The notes under the pieces: model-generated
Seen by the model: only the letters and a program-made list of their open reading frames with translations
Told to the model about the DNA's origin: nothing
The model's database searches: none
Assembly (NCBI GenBank): GCA_977017575.1
Contig: CDRNVI010000041.1
Coordinates: forward strand, 1 to 64,000
Reading direction: 5' to 3'
Origin: Paramoeba atlantica
Lineage: Eukaryota; Protista; Discosea
Length of the DNA stretch: 64,000 nucleotides
Shown: positions 21,108 to 33,022 of the stretch, piece by piece
Layout of the letters: each line of letters begins with the position of its first letter
How positions within the stretch are numbered: position 1 is the first letter of the stretch
Made by a program: the position numbers and the translations under genes

Positions 21108-21689
21108 ATGCTACAAAGAACCTGGCGTGCACTCGCTACTCCTCTCTTTCACGTAGATCTCACCGATTTGCAACAAAGTACGGTTGATGTCAACGAGCGT
21201 ATTGACCAGCTCATCAACCGTGGTCTCACCGGCAGTACCAAGTGGTGTCTTGCCTTGCTCAATCGATCCGTTGTGTACTACGCATTAAAAGATTATGTGA
21301 AATCTCGTGAAGACGCGATTGACGCTCATGAGGCATTAATTGAGCGCTGCACAAACACTTCTACTCATTTATTTCTCTCGTCAACGTTAGCAGCAAAGGC
21401 GTGTCGTGCTCTGAGCGATGAGATCGATCTTGCAGAGAAGGAATACGCCGTGGCGAGTCACTCACACGTGATACGAACGCGAGTAAAGCCGCGGACCGTA
21501 CGCGATATGATGCGCGACCGACGTCGAAGTCTTAGCCAATATTTGCGGCAAGAGGCAGAGGAATTCGAGCGGTGTGCAAAGCGCATCTCCCAGCTCCCGG
21601 AGAAAGCATTTATGCGCGACAAGTCTCAGAGAGTGTACACGCAGGATGACCCGGATTATGATAAGTCACGGTACCCATCCGAGGAATAG
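21108..21689 (+). CDS. hypothetical protein with a TPR-like segment, probably mitochondrial
   Basis: MLQRTWRAL presequence-like start; ALLNRSVVYYALKDYVKSREDAIDA resembles a TPR helix pair. Confidence 0.55.
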   Translation: MLQRTWRALATPLFHVDLTDLQQSTVDVNERIDQLINRGLTGSTKWCLALLNRSVVYYALKDYVKSREDAIDAHEALIERCTNTSTHLFLSSTLAAKACRALSDEIDLAEKEYAVASHSHVIRTRVKPRTVRDMMRDRRRSLSQYLRQEAEEFERCAKRISQLPEKAFMRDKSQRVYTQDDPDYDKSRYPSEE

Positions 21690-22564
21690 GAAGCCTAATG
21701 AGGAAAACATGCATAGGTATATTGGAAGCAAAACGGTAAAACCGTGTAGAGGGGTTTCAATTTAACTTGGGTAGGACAATGAGACACACGACATTGGTCA
21801 AATCTCCCTTTTTTCCCCCAATCGTTTTTGAAGTTTTGAAGGGCACTCCAAATACTAAAATTAGTTACTTGTATTTCATCTGCTCATCTTCTGAGGCTGA
21901 AATAAAGGCCATTCGTGCTTTAAATTTCCCATTTCGCTCGTTCATGTATTGCCCATACAGTATCGATACTCCACCGAACTCTATAAGTGTGTCACACCTT
22001 TTGCCAACCTGTTGTGCCATAATTTGAGCCCTAGAGCTCTTATTTTCTATAAATGTCCCCGAATGTCTTGGTGTAAATAAGTCAAAGTATTCTCTTTCGT
22101 CAATACCAATCTAGAAGGATTGTAAAATCGCTGAACTCGAAAAAAACATTGAAGTATTTTTGAAAAAAAATTTGGGGGAAAAAAAGGGAGATTCCACCCA
22201 CCACATTAGTACATAACGTCGTGACTGGTAAATATCGGTAACAGTGTCTGGGTCTATAGCACACTCCTGAAGGCTTCTAATCTATTTTTAGAACTTTGAG
22301 ACATGTCATGATAAATTTATGAAGTTAATACGAAGTGCTGTAGCCCGCCCAGTAAGATAGGTATTGGGTCAATGTTGCCTAATCTCTCTTACTGGGGGTA
22401 TGCTTCTCCTTCTCTTTTCTCCCAACACTTTTGATAAGTTTCCTTATTTCTGAAAACGTGTTAAAACGCTTATTTAGGTTACCCCCGAGGCCCCCGGCAC
22501 GCGGACATCCACTCTCTACTCCCTGTACGCTCTCCCGACCCAATTATCTCTAACTGGGGAGTAT

Positions 22565-22622
22565 TCTACTGCGGGGTCTTTTACTGGGGTATCTTTTACT
22601 GGGGTGTCTTTTACTGGGGGAG
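22565..22622. repeat. degenerate 15-bp tandem repeat (CTTTTACTGGGGTRT), about 4 copies
   Basis: Visible in the sequence upstream of the thioredoxin reductase gene. Confidence 0.7.
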
Positions 22623-22787
22623 TCTACGGTAATGAACCGATCACCGACAATGCTTTTGTTATTGATCCTACTCTGACCGGTATCGAAACGACACGATCTT
22701 TTTATCCTTCCTCTATACCTTCCTTTTTTACCTCTTTTACCTCCCGCGCTCGGTTTCTCCCCCCCACCACGCTCACCCCACCACCCC

Positions 22788-24365
22788 ATGACCTCACCCG
22801 ACACCCCACCGACTTCCTACGACCTCCTGGTCATCGGCGGCGGCTCCGGGGGCATTGCCTGCGCCCGGAGGGCAGCCGCCCTGGGCGCCCACGTCGGCCT
22901 CTGTGACTTCGTCGCCCCCTCCCCCACCCTTGGCACCTCCTGGGGTCTCGGCGGGACCTGTGTGAATGTGGGCTGTATCCCAAAGAAACTCATGCACAAT
23001 GCCGCACGGCTGGGAGGGGAGGCCCACCACGCGGCCTGCGCATTCGGCTGGGGCAACGACGCCTCCCCCCCGACCCCCCAGGCCCACACCTGGGACGTGC
23101 TGCGGCAAAATGTACTCCTGCACATCAAATCGTTAAATTTTGGGTATAATGTCGAGCTGCGAAAAGCGGGGGTGAAATATCACAACGCGCTGGCCTCCAT
23201 ACGAAATGTAAAAAGCGGCGCCCCCTACGAGATTGCGTTACGGAGTAAAGCCGGGGAGGCCTCGACGGTGTGGGCGGCTCGGGTTGTGCTGGCGATGGGG
23301 GGACGTCCGACGCTCCCCGCGGAGTGTCCTGGGGCGCGGGCGTATGGTATCACCTCGGATGATTTGTTTCGGCTAGCGCGGGACCCCGGGAGGTGCTGCG
23401 TGGTGGGGGCGTCCTATGTGGCGCTGGAGTGTGCGGGATTCCTGCGGGGGTTGGGGAAGGAAGTGGTGGTGCTGATCCGGTCGATTCCGCTACGGGGGTA
23501 TGACCAGCAGATGGCGCAAAAGATCGTGGAGTTTATGGAGACCGTTGAGGGGGTGCGATTTGTACGTCAAGCGGTGCCGGTGTCGGTAGAAGTGGTGAAA
23601 CCGGAAGCGGGAAATTCTACTCCAGATGAGATTGCTGGTCCTGAACGTCGAAAAGTAACTTGGCGTCATGCCGATGGTACCACCGGAGCTGAGATATTTG
23701 ATACGGTCTTGTTCGCCATTGGACGCACCCCGGAGACAACTAAGGTAGGATTGCCCCTGGAGGCCGTAGACGTAAAAAATGGAAAAGTACTCGTTGATTC
23801 TGTAGATCAAGTCGTGGGAGTCCATAACGTGTACGCAATTGGAGATATCGCGCAAGGGGGGCTGGAGCTCACTCCGGTCGCCATACGTCAAGGACAGCTT
23901 CTCGCAGATCGTCTTTTTGGAGGCCGTACGGAAGCGCTTTGTTTTGAGAAGGTCCCCACAACAGTCTTTACCCCCTTGGAATATGGTTGTGTTGGGCTAA
24001 GTGAGGAACGGGCAACGGAAATCTACGGCGAAGATGCTATAGAAGTCTATCACAGCTCATTTACCCCCCTGGAGTGGACATTGGTACATTCCTACCCGGC
24101 TAACACGTGTTACATTAAAATAATCACTACGCGCCCCCTTCGGGGCACTGGTGACCACGGTGAACGTGTAGTTGGGTTTCATATTCTGTCCCCCAACGCA
24201 GGTGAGATCACACAAGGAGTAGCGGTGGCCTTGTGTGCTAATGCAACGAAACAGCATTTTGACACTGCTTTAGGTATTCATCCCACGGTGGCTGAGGAAA
24301 TGATTGGCTTGCATGTTACGAAGCGTTCCGGGAAGGATCCGGAAAAATCGGGTTGCTGAGGTTAA
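22788..24365 (+). CDS. TXNRD: high-Mr (animal-type) thioredoxin reductase, selenoprotein ending Gly-Cys-Sec-Gly
   Basis: GGGSGG FAD motif, GGTCVNVGCIPKK, GASYVALECAGF, GIHPT; end reads GGT TGC TGA(24357-24359) GGT TAA, paralleling mammalian TKRSG...GCUG. Confidence 0.92.
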
Positions 24366-24932
24366 TGGAGACAAAGTTGGTAGCTATTCGTGGTGCTTCT
24401 GGGGCGTGCGCAAGTAAGGTACTTTTTAAGACCATACACCACACCCTTAAGCGACCACGCTGAGATCGCTATCCCCAATTTTGTCTCCCGATTTTTTCTT
24501 CTTTGGTTGCGTCTACAGATGACGCACTTCTCTGTGAAGAAGTCGGAGGAAAGGGCATCCCGCTCTCTCCGGTTTCGGATATCAACTTTAACTTAAATTT
24601 CTGAACTTTGGAGATTTAACTTATTTTTTAATTCTATAGGTATTCTAGTGCATCTCTATCTGAAGAGATGGCATTTTATGTTGACGTGTGATAATAGCTA
24701 AGGCATATACAATATGCTCGGTGTTTCTTTTGTGATCTAATCATTTACTTGCAAGAGTAGGCACTTACGTATGCATGTCATCGATTGATCTTTATTCTAC
24801 GCTTTGAATGAGCCAGGGTGCAAACCCGACAGTTGGTTTAACTATTGTATCGTTTCGTTTAAGAAGTAAAAAGTATACAGCAAATTACTTATACATTTAG
24901 TTACTTGTACATTTAGATATTGCATCAAGAAT

Positions 24933-25709
24933 ATGCTACTTTCCCTTTTAGCACCGGCTGAAATACTTGCACAGGATTATCGTCCCTCAAAGGTTCGCGG
25001 TGCTCTGCTTCCGGAGGAAAACGATCTGCTTCGCGTGCTACAGAATACATCTTTTATTATGCCGTCCTGGACAAATGAAGTCCCTGCATGCGATTGGCGT
25101 CGCGTGTCTTGTGACGACAAGAGACGTGTTTCGCGTATCTCTTGGTATGAGCTCCATTTGATCGGTGAGCTGCATTGGTCATTTTTTCCAATGCACTTAA
25201 AGTCTATTGATCTCAGTTCTAACTTACTACATGGACAGGTACCTTTTGATGTGCTACCTGTGGAACTTGAAACACTTAATTTAAGCGGCAATAAATTTTA
25301 TGGAAAGCTTGACTTCACCTGCTTGCCACCCACCCTTCGTGCTCTTCTTCTGAGACAGAACGAATTTGACGGGGCCGTCGCATTACCGACAATGCCGAAG
25401 AGCCTACAAAAATTATCACTGTCGATGAATAAGTTCACTGGGACGCTTGATTTTTCAAACCTCCCACCGAATCTTACGATGCTTAGTCTCGATGCAAATG
25501 CCTTTACAGGTTCTGTTTCATTTCCCAATTTGCCTAAGACACTTCGATGGCTGAATTTGACAGGAAATTGTCTTAGTGGAACCGTTGATCTGCGTTCATA
25601 TTTGGGACGCCAGATAACGATTAAGTTATCCTATAATGCATTCGATGAAATTTTGCCGTCAGATCTGCCCGTGAATTTTTATGTTCGTGGACAACAAGTG
25701 CGTATATGA
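24933..25709 (+). CDS. LRR family protein 7
   Basis: KVRGALLPEE motif, PACDW cap, about 6 LRRs. Confidence 0.85.
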   Translation: MLLSLLAPAEILAQDYRPSKVRGALLPEENDLLRVLQNTSFIMPSWTNEVPACDWRRVSCDDKRRVSRISWYELHLIGELHWSFFPMHLKSIDLSSNLLHGQVPFDVLPVELETLNLSGNKFYGKLDFTCLPPTLRALLLRQNEFDGAVALPTMPKSLQKLSLSMNKFTGTLDFSNLPPNLTMLSLDANAFTGSVSFPNLPKTLRWLNLTGNCLSGTVDLRSYLGRQITIKLSYNAFDEILPSDLPVNFYVRGQQVRI

Positions 25710-26056
25710 TGGTGAGAAGGGGGACTGCCAAAAGGGCGATTACAAAGGGGGAGAAAAAAATACAATGTACATACAAATAACAAGGGTGCGTAGTGAAGAC
25801 AGCAAGAGAAACCAGAGGGTGCAATAACACGAATAATTTTAAAGGCACGTAAGACAGCGGCGACGAGGGGGCAACATCACAGAGGGGAACAACAGGGGGG
25901 GGGGGAGAGAACAAGGCGAAGAGAGCGAGTGGTGAAGAGGGTGGGGGGAATAGTATGGGAAAGTGAGCTGAAAGAGCTGGTGTATGAATTATTTTGCCAC
26001 CCTCATAGTGCTGCCTATAGTATCTATTGCTTCCTATAGTACCTGTGTATAAAGTG

Positions 26057-26421
26057 AACCCTGTTCCGGGTTATTGTGCCCCCCTGCACAATAACTGGCT
26101 CTAGGCACAATAACTGGCTCTAGGCACAATAAATAAATATTGGAAAACCAAAAAAGGGTAAAGCAAAATTTGGCGCCGCTTCGCGGCGCCTTTTTTATGG
26201 ACAAACACGTTCATGTGCAGAATAAGTTCTATTTAAGGGATGCGTTGTTGAACAAACTACGTTATTTTCAAGAAAATGGAATAAAAAACAACCAAAAAAT
26301 TACGGCACCGCCTGGCGGCGCCATATTTTGGAGGGGGGGCACAATAATAGTGGTTGTTTCCACTTATTGTGCCCCCCCTACACAATAAGCAGCTCTAGGC
26401 ACAATAACCCGGAACAGGGTT
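26057..26421. mobile_element. MITE with perfect 24-bp TIRs and GCACAATAA subterminal repeats
   Basis: AACCCTGTTCCGGGTTATTGTGCC (26057-26080) and its reverse complement (26398-26421). Confidence 0.8.
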
Positions 26422-26576
26422 TATATAGAAAAAACATATTCATGAAAAAAGAATTGAATCCTAATAAGCTTTGGAACATTGAGAAAACATAGTCGTTGAA
26501 AATTTGGGTGAAATGAAAGCAAATATAGCCTTTTTTTCGACTTCTGTAAAGGCAATGTTTCTTTTGTGTTGAAATA

Positions 26577-28491
26577 CTGTCACCCCCCTTTATATTTCAG
26601 GGGGGTGAACCCCGCCGTTATACTTCCGTTTTCATTCAGACGAAGAATCAGCACGCCCCTTTATACTTCCGTTTTTCTTGAACAATTTTCTACATGTTTT
26701 TGTAACCCAGGGTGCGGGTCAATATCCTCATACGGCTTTGGATATTAAAGCGCCAAAATTTCTGTTTGAATATTAAAGTGCATGCACTTTATATCAGTTT
26801 ATCTCAACACAAGATCTAATTCACTCCCGGAGTAAGTTTTCTTCCCCCTCGGCTTAATAAAAGCGCGCGTACCTCTTCGAGCGACCTAGGCAACACGTTA
26901 GTGAGGTGGCGACAAAAGGAAAGCAACATTTCAAAAACTCAAGAAACACTCAGACCATATGGACAGGTGTTGAAACATTCTCCAAGTATTTTCGCCCGTT
27001 GACACAGCTTAGCTTCAGCGGGTGCGCCCGGGTTGACTAATGTAACAAGCCCCTATTGACAAACGTAACAAGAATCAGTATAAAAAATGCATGAGAGTAT
27101 TCTTTCTGGAATTTTTGAAGCAGTTTCGCGAAATGCTAATAATTCGTCCCTCTCACTTGTTCCCACCTGCAACGGAACTCTAATTTTCAAGAAAACTAAA
27201 TCCCATAGGGATGTGTGAGCTGCCTTGTAATGGAAAGCATACAGTGGTGATCAGCGTCTTTTACCCCCCCCCTACAGGTTTTATAACCCGTACAGGTCTA
27301 ATTTTGTTCGATTTTCAAAGAATTTTGTATGGGATAGGCCTTATAATCCCTACAGGTCTTATTTTGTTCGATTTTCGAAGAATTTTGTATGGGACCCAAT
27401 CGTTCCTAATCCGAGGTCCTTTTCACTCGTGGACACCTGTATCATTCCTAAACTGAAAAGAACGGATGCAAAAAACTCGATAATTGTTTTACAGAGTACA
27501 CCTTTTTCAAAATCGATATATTTTTTGGTGATTCATGACGAAGGAACACCGCCCCCCGTGTTACCTTACTCTCGCGTGTGCCCCGAGGTGCGCACGTCAC
27601 TCGTGATCGAATACGATGGACTTAAGTGCTATAAGGCTGTCGCAAAACTTCATAAATTTGATCCCGGTCCATCATTGAAACTTTTCGTGTTTTTTTCTGA
27701 AGATCAACCGAAAACGTTTAAGAATATCTTCCAGGACTATCGCAAGCGTTTACTCTTGCACTCCTTTTCCGAGTCTTCTGACTCACTTTACTACTGTTCT
27801 TCATCCGAAACATTCGAAAAAGTACGCCGAAAAAAGTTGTAATTAGCTTTTTTGACCCCTACCTGCCTAGGGGGGGTAGGGGGTCGCTCAAGTGAAAAGG
27901 ACCTCGGATTCGGAACGATTGGGTCGAAAAACGGTGGTATACCAAAAAGGGGTGGTATTTCCAAAATCGGACAAAATACAAGACCTGTAGGGGGGGGGTA
28001 AAAGACGCTGATCATCGCTGTAGTAAACGTCAACCCATTACAGCCAACGTGCATCCACCAGGGAGAACAGCCGCATGAGATTGTAACTTTTTTCCCAAGT
28101 GGTTTCTTGGCATTTCCATTCTTCCGAATGGCGCTTCAAACATTCGGATGCGACAGTTTCCATGATGTGATTCGCAACTTATTCGAAAGTTAACCTTCTT
28201 TTGGACAAGTGAAAAAACCTTTTGGATATTAAAGTGCCTATTTGTATATTTAACCCCTCCCCGAATTAATAATATTTAGAGATGTGTGTAGAGATATTGC
28301 TACAGATGCATATTATTTCCGGTGTATGTAGAAAAAAGTGGCGCAAGTTTTCTTTTGCCCCTTTTAAAAACATTTTTTTCGCGCTTTTTCCAAAACTTCA
28401 GACCCCCCTTTTATATTTCCGAAAGTCAGGTACCTCCCTTTATACTTCCAAAAGTACCGAAACCGGCGGAAGTATAAAGGGGGGGTGACAG
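26577..28491. mobile_element. non-autonomous TA-flanked TIR element, family C (~1.9 kb)
   Basis: TA|CTGTCACCCCCCTTTATATTTC ... GAAGTATAAAGGGGGGGTGACAG|TA; subterminal TTTATACTTCC repeats. Confidence 0.8.
27242..28020. mobile_element. Tc1-type MITE nested in family C, ~37-bp TIRs
   Basis: TA|CAGTGGTGATCAGCGTCTTTTACCCCCCCCTACAGGT ... ACCTGTAGGGGGGGGGTAAAAGACGCTGATCATCGCTG|TA; ~44-bp internal direct repeat near the left end. Confidence 0.85.
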
Positions 28492-28714
28492 TACCTTGTA
28501 TTGCTTCAAATATTTTCGGTGCTTTGTTTTACCTTTTCACTTTTTTTGAATTTTTTTTAAAAAGGAGAAGTGATTTCCAATACAGGTACAATGAAAACGT
28601 ATGCACGTGTATGTATTTTCTGCACAAAATTCTCTTTTCTCAACATTACATGCCCAGTAATACACAACCAGTAGTGTCATTACATACTCCTTTACTTGTA
28701 AAATTATTAGTAAA

Positions 28715-29455
28715 ATGAAGCACGCTTATTTATTCAGTTGTCACGATTCAAGATCGTCCGAACAAAGTTCTAATTCTCGTGCCAGCAGAGTCGGAAGAGC
28801 AAATTTACCACCTGAATATGAACTTGTGCAACTTATTGAGGATATCGGAAAAAAACATTCCACGTGGAATCCATCAGTCCCTGCTTGTGAGTGGAAAGGT
28901 GTCAAGTGTGAGGGCAGTTGTATTACTAAGATAGATTGGATAGGACAAAGTCTTTTCGGGTCCATTCGATGGCCCTCGCTTCCGCAGTCACTGCAGATCT
29001 TTCTAGTAAGTACGAACCAGCTTATGGGGACTGTCGAACTCGATGCCCTGCCCTCGGGTATTCACCATTTCAATGTGATGGACAATGCTTTCAGTGGGAA
29101 ATTGGAGCTTCAACACTTACCCCAGACGGTAAAGCGGCTTAACTTTAGTTACAACCAATTTGAAGGAGAGGTTGACCTAAGTCACCTTCCCGCAGATCTT
29201 GTGATGCTCCATTTAGGCTACAACCACTTGTCTGGTCCTATAAATTTGACTAACCTTCCACCTAATCTAGTCGACTTATCTTTGCCTAAGAATCAGTTTT
29301 CGGGTACCGCAATCATGAATAACTTGCCAAAAAGCTTACAGGCACTAGATGTACATGACAATGAACAATTATGTGGTGAAGTGGACGCCTCAACGTTGCC
29401 AACCATTTTAAACAGCTTTCTTTATTGTGATACTAAAATAATTCTTCAAGAATGA
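28715..29455 (+). CDS. LRR family protein 8
   Basis: RVGRANLPPE motif, PACEWKGVKC cap, about 6 LRRs. Confidence 0.85.
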   Translation: MKHAYLFSCHDSRSSEQSSNSRASRVGRANLPPEYELVQLIEDIGKKHSTWNPSVPACEWKGVKCEGSCITKIDWIGQSLFGSIRWPSLPQSLQIFLVSTNQLMGTVELDALPSGIHHFNVMDNAFSGKLELQHLPQTVKRLNFSYNQFEGEVDLSHLPADLVMLHLGYNHLSGPINLTNLPPNLVDLSLPKNQFSGTAIMNNLPKSLQALDVHDNEQLCGEVDASTLPTILNSFLYCDTKIILQE

Positions 29456-29605
29456 GTTCTTAAAGCGTTGAACAAAAGTTCTTAAACCGTTTAAAAGGAA
29501 AGTGAAGGAAAGAAAGTGAAGGAAAGAAAGGGAAGTAAGAGGCAGGCAGGAAGGAAGGAAGATGTGGAAAAAATAAGGCAAGGGAAAGGTAAGTGAAAGC
29601 GTCGA

Positions 29606-29678
<73 letters not shown>

Positions 29679-29679
29679 T
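29606..29679. repeat. (TAC)n microsatellite, about 24 units
   Basis: Visible in the sequence; followed by TACATA-like repeats up to the Tc1 terminus. Confidence 0.95.
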
Positions 29680-29722
29680 ACATATACATATACATTATAC
29701 ATATATGTATGTATTGTACATA

Positions 29723-31118
29723 CAGGGGTGCAAATTAGATGCTGGGGGGGTCTAAAATTAGCAATGTTTGCGCAATTTTGGAAAATAATAGCGCATTCGA
29801 GAGCTCTCGCAGAGATCTATGTTTTGGCGCTATTATCACGTTAAAAGAAAACAAATTTGAAAAAGATATCTTTTTAAAAGGTTTTTTACCCCCCTAAAAG
29901 TTGCAGATTTTTCAATTTTTGCAGTTTTTTCCGTGTTTTTTTGTTTTTCAGCTCACTATTATACCGCAAAAGCGATCCCTCTCTAAGCAAAACAGTAAAA
30001 GCTTATCTGATGGATCACATGAACCCACGGGGCACACAAAATATTCACACAGGATGCTTCTCGTTAAAGATTACGAGAATACAAACTCCTACAGTGCCAC
30101 TTGCCAAAGACAAGGCGTCCACGACAGCACTGTTAAGTTGTGGGTTAAGCGATTTGAGGAAACCGGGGATGTTGAACGTGCTACGCCTCCTCGCGAACGC
30201 ACTGTGACAACGCCGGAGCTTCTTGAGGCATGCCGCGAAATTATTGACGCGTCCAACGCGACAAGTGCGCGAGGTTGTCCCTCGTGGAGTTTTATTCTTC
30301 GAGAGGTTAGGAAAAGGGGTTTCACCTGCAGCAGGCCGACCCTAGTAAATTTTTTAAAGGACGAAGGGATGATCCAACGATCTTTTTCTAAAGGCCTGTT
30401 CTTAACTGAAGTTCACAAGGCCAAGCGACTAACATTTGCACTGAAAATGCAGAAGTGGTCCGTCGCACAGCTTCGTCACATTATTTGGTGTGACGAAAAA
30501 AAGTTTACTTGTCAACTTGGGCGTGAAAGCCGTTCTTACATTTGCCGAGCGAGTGACCCCCCCAAGCCACCCCTAAAAGCTGCGCAAAAATGTTTTGGGG
30601 GGGATGGAGTAAACGTTTGGATGGGTATAAGCCTTATTTATGGAGTTTTTTATCACGTCTTTCCCGACAGGGACAGAAATGGGAAACTTACGATTACTTC
30701 AAATGTTTTTAAAGCAGCTATGACAAAAAGGGGGGGTTTCTAAAGTTACTTGAAGCGTCATAGCGGTACTAGAGTTGCAATGGATAATGCTCCTTGTCAC
30801 AATGGCACCTTTAAAACCTTTCGAGAAAACCAAGTCTTTGTTTTAGACTTTCTCCCAAAATCCCCAGATCTTAACCCTATTGAAAACATTTGGGACATCA
30901 TGGACACCTTTATTAAAGATGGTACAAACCCAGAAAATAGGACTGAACTTTTGTATTCTATTGAAAAGGCGGTTGATTACATTAAAACAGATGGTCATGA
31001 CATGCTCATAAACACTTTAAACAGCATGCCGCGGCGTTTCGACATAGTAGTAGAAAAAAAGGGGAAAGTTGTAATTATTGAACGTACAAAACTTTTTAAT
31101 TCATTTTTTGCATTTTGA
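29723..31118 (+). mobile_element. Tc1/IS630-like transposon with near-complete transposase (one in-frame stop)
   Basis: TA|CAGGGGTG left end; HTH (SYSATCQRQGVHDSTVKLWVKRFEETG), WCDEKKF, VWMGIS, TAA at 30741-30743, MDNAPCH, PKSPDLNPIENIW; right TIR not clearly found. Confidence 0.88.
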
Positions 31119-31164
31119 CGTTTTTGGGCTTCTCAGTTGACCATCCCCCTACACCCCGTGAAAC

Positions 31165-31469
31165 ATAAATCTGTGTTAATTCGTAACATTAACACAGATT
31201 AACGTTACACAGACAAATGTCCCCTCGGTATGCCGGAGCTATGATCTTTTTTCATAAATTTGTCAATTTTTGCAAATAGAAATCAAGAACAAAGAAATTT
31301 TCAGAGAAAAAGACGTAAAAATGTACTAAAAAATTTCGCTTGTGCACATTTTTTTGTTTTTTTAACACAGATTTCTGTCCGGCCAAATATTTTCGAGTTA
31401 ACACAGATTAATATCACACAGATTAATGTTCTCCAGATTAGTATTACACAGACAAATGTCCCACTCGTA
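31165..31469. repeat. cluster of AACACAGATT repeats with two mariner-like right ends
   Basis: TTACACAGACAAATGTCCC(A)CTCG at 31205-31227 and 31444-31467. Confidence 0.55.
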
Positions 31470-31869
31470 TTTAGAAAAACAAAATGTACAAGAAAACGGT
31501 GCTGTGGACGAGAGCTTGGGGGGTGGGGGTCGCTAGGCCCCAACATTGCGTAACAACGACTGTGGCCATTAGCGTGACCTTCAAAGTATGTACAGAAAGA
31601 TAGTTAATTTTCGGGTTATTCAATTTGGTCTTTTTCCATTGATTGTTCAATAGTTTCTGGTATCCTCCTGCTATTTCTTCGGCTTTTGTCGATGATATAT
31701 CAGGATCATCAGAGGAGTGGCTGGAGTGACTATCGCTCACATCTTCGAATTTGTCGCGTGCCTCCCATCCGTAGTGATGCCGGATGCACTCCAAGATGTT
31801 CATGAAACGCACCTGCCATGCTTCTCTGCGTTTCGTGTTACTGTACCCATACTGTTACTGTATTTCACG

Positions 31870-32800
31870 CATTGCAGCGCTTCGTTTCGTCGTCAGTCCA
31901 TCGATATCATTCCATAGTTGTGGCGCTGCTGCCTTGTCCAATACTTTATCGTATGGTGGGCAGCTTCTGCGTGGTTCGTATGATACCCTCTTAACGCCAC
32001 GAACTCTTTACTATGATTAACCGTGAAATGGTGACAATATTCTCCGAAGTTGTAGTACACTCATCCGTTACGACAACCGAACGCGCACTCGTAAGATGAG
32101 GAATATTGAAGTTCAGCAGAGTAGCCTGATCTCTCCGCTTCACAGGTTTCCGATGTGTGCGCCCCATCTTTCGGTCCGTTATTTCAGTAGCTGTTAGAAA
32201 CCACCAACCCACCTTCCGGACACGCTTGCCCTGATTATATTTTCTTTTGCCAATGAATGTTTCATCGACTTGAAGTCTTGAAAAGTCGAAGTCCGTGTCC
32301 TCTTGGGAATGATAAGCTACGTTACCAAGCATGTGTAGCATTTTCGTAACTGTACCCTGGCGCACTCCGCGGCTCCGACTAATTTTCCCGATTGTAAGAT
32401 TATATTTAAAATTTCCACAAATCAGTAGCAGAGTACCAAGATTCACTGCAGACTCATTATTAAGATAAGGCGCGTGCGCGTGAACACGGTTCCTACACAT
32501 TCCCCTGCATCGATCATGGTGTGTGTATTCGTGCATATTTGGACGCCCCCTCAAATCACGCATGAATTTCAATCCATGCTTATGATAAACATTGTGTGAT
32601 TAATTATCACACTGTGGGAGGCCGAGCAATTGGTGGTTATTCATCCATTCTTCGGGACTTTTTCTTTACGGCACCTGTGTGAGGTTTCGCCAGTTTGTAC
32701 ACAAGCAAAACCATTGCACCCTGGACACACCCTTCTTGCAACTTGGGTCGCAGGCCACGCCGTGTCATCCTCATTTTCGTCGCCTGCATAGGTACAGTGT
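31870..32800 (-). mobile_element. Merlin (IS1595/ISXO2-like) transposase pseudogene, family 1
   Basis: VCPGC zinc ribbon near 32720; QVDETFIGKRKYNQGKRVRKVGWW; VVTDE; after a frameshift HFTVNHSKEFV...GYHTNHAE. Confidence 0.88.
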
Positions 32801-32927
32801 ATTTCGCATCGACGATTCCCACAGGGTGATAAATCGACGAAGTCTCTCTCCGCTTCACAATTAAGAAGTTCTAAGTCGTTTCATTTGTGATTTTGCGAAA
32901 TTGATGAAAATAGATCAATGTGCTATA

Positions 32928-33022
32928 GGCTCTTCGTTAAACACGGTGGTTGTTTTCAACTTAGAAGTCACTCGTGCTGCGCGCTTCGCGTTGAAAGCTA
33001 CCACCGCGTTTAACGAAGAGCC
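32928..33022. mobile_element. 95-bp mini element with 33-bp TIRs, TA-flanked
   Basis: GGCTCTTCGTTAAACACGGTGGTTGTTTTCAAC / GTTGAAAGCTACCACCGCGTTTAACGAAGAGCC. Confidence 0.65.

Noticed and set aside
22215-22228. AACGTCGTGACTGG matching lacZ-alpha/M13 sequence
   Set aside because: 14 nt only, flanks do not continue the vector; not evidence of contamination.
24500-24845. SECIS candidates at ATGA 24519 and ATGA 24808
   Set aside because: Helix II too short or 3' GA of the quartet missing; not reported without a covariance-model search.
27429-27842. 137-aa ORF inside the nested MITE as a transposase
   Set aside because: No HTH or DDE motif recognised.
29408-29844. Poly-Tyr and poly-Ser ORFs
   Set aside because: Translations of the (TAC)n microsatellite.
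31145-31160. CACCCCGTG as the right TIR of the Tc1 element
   Set aside because: Only about 8 nt match the left end and there is no TA flank; right boundary left undefined.
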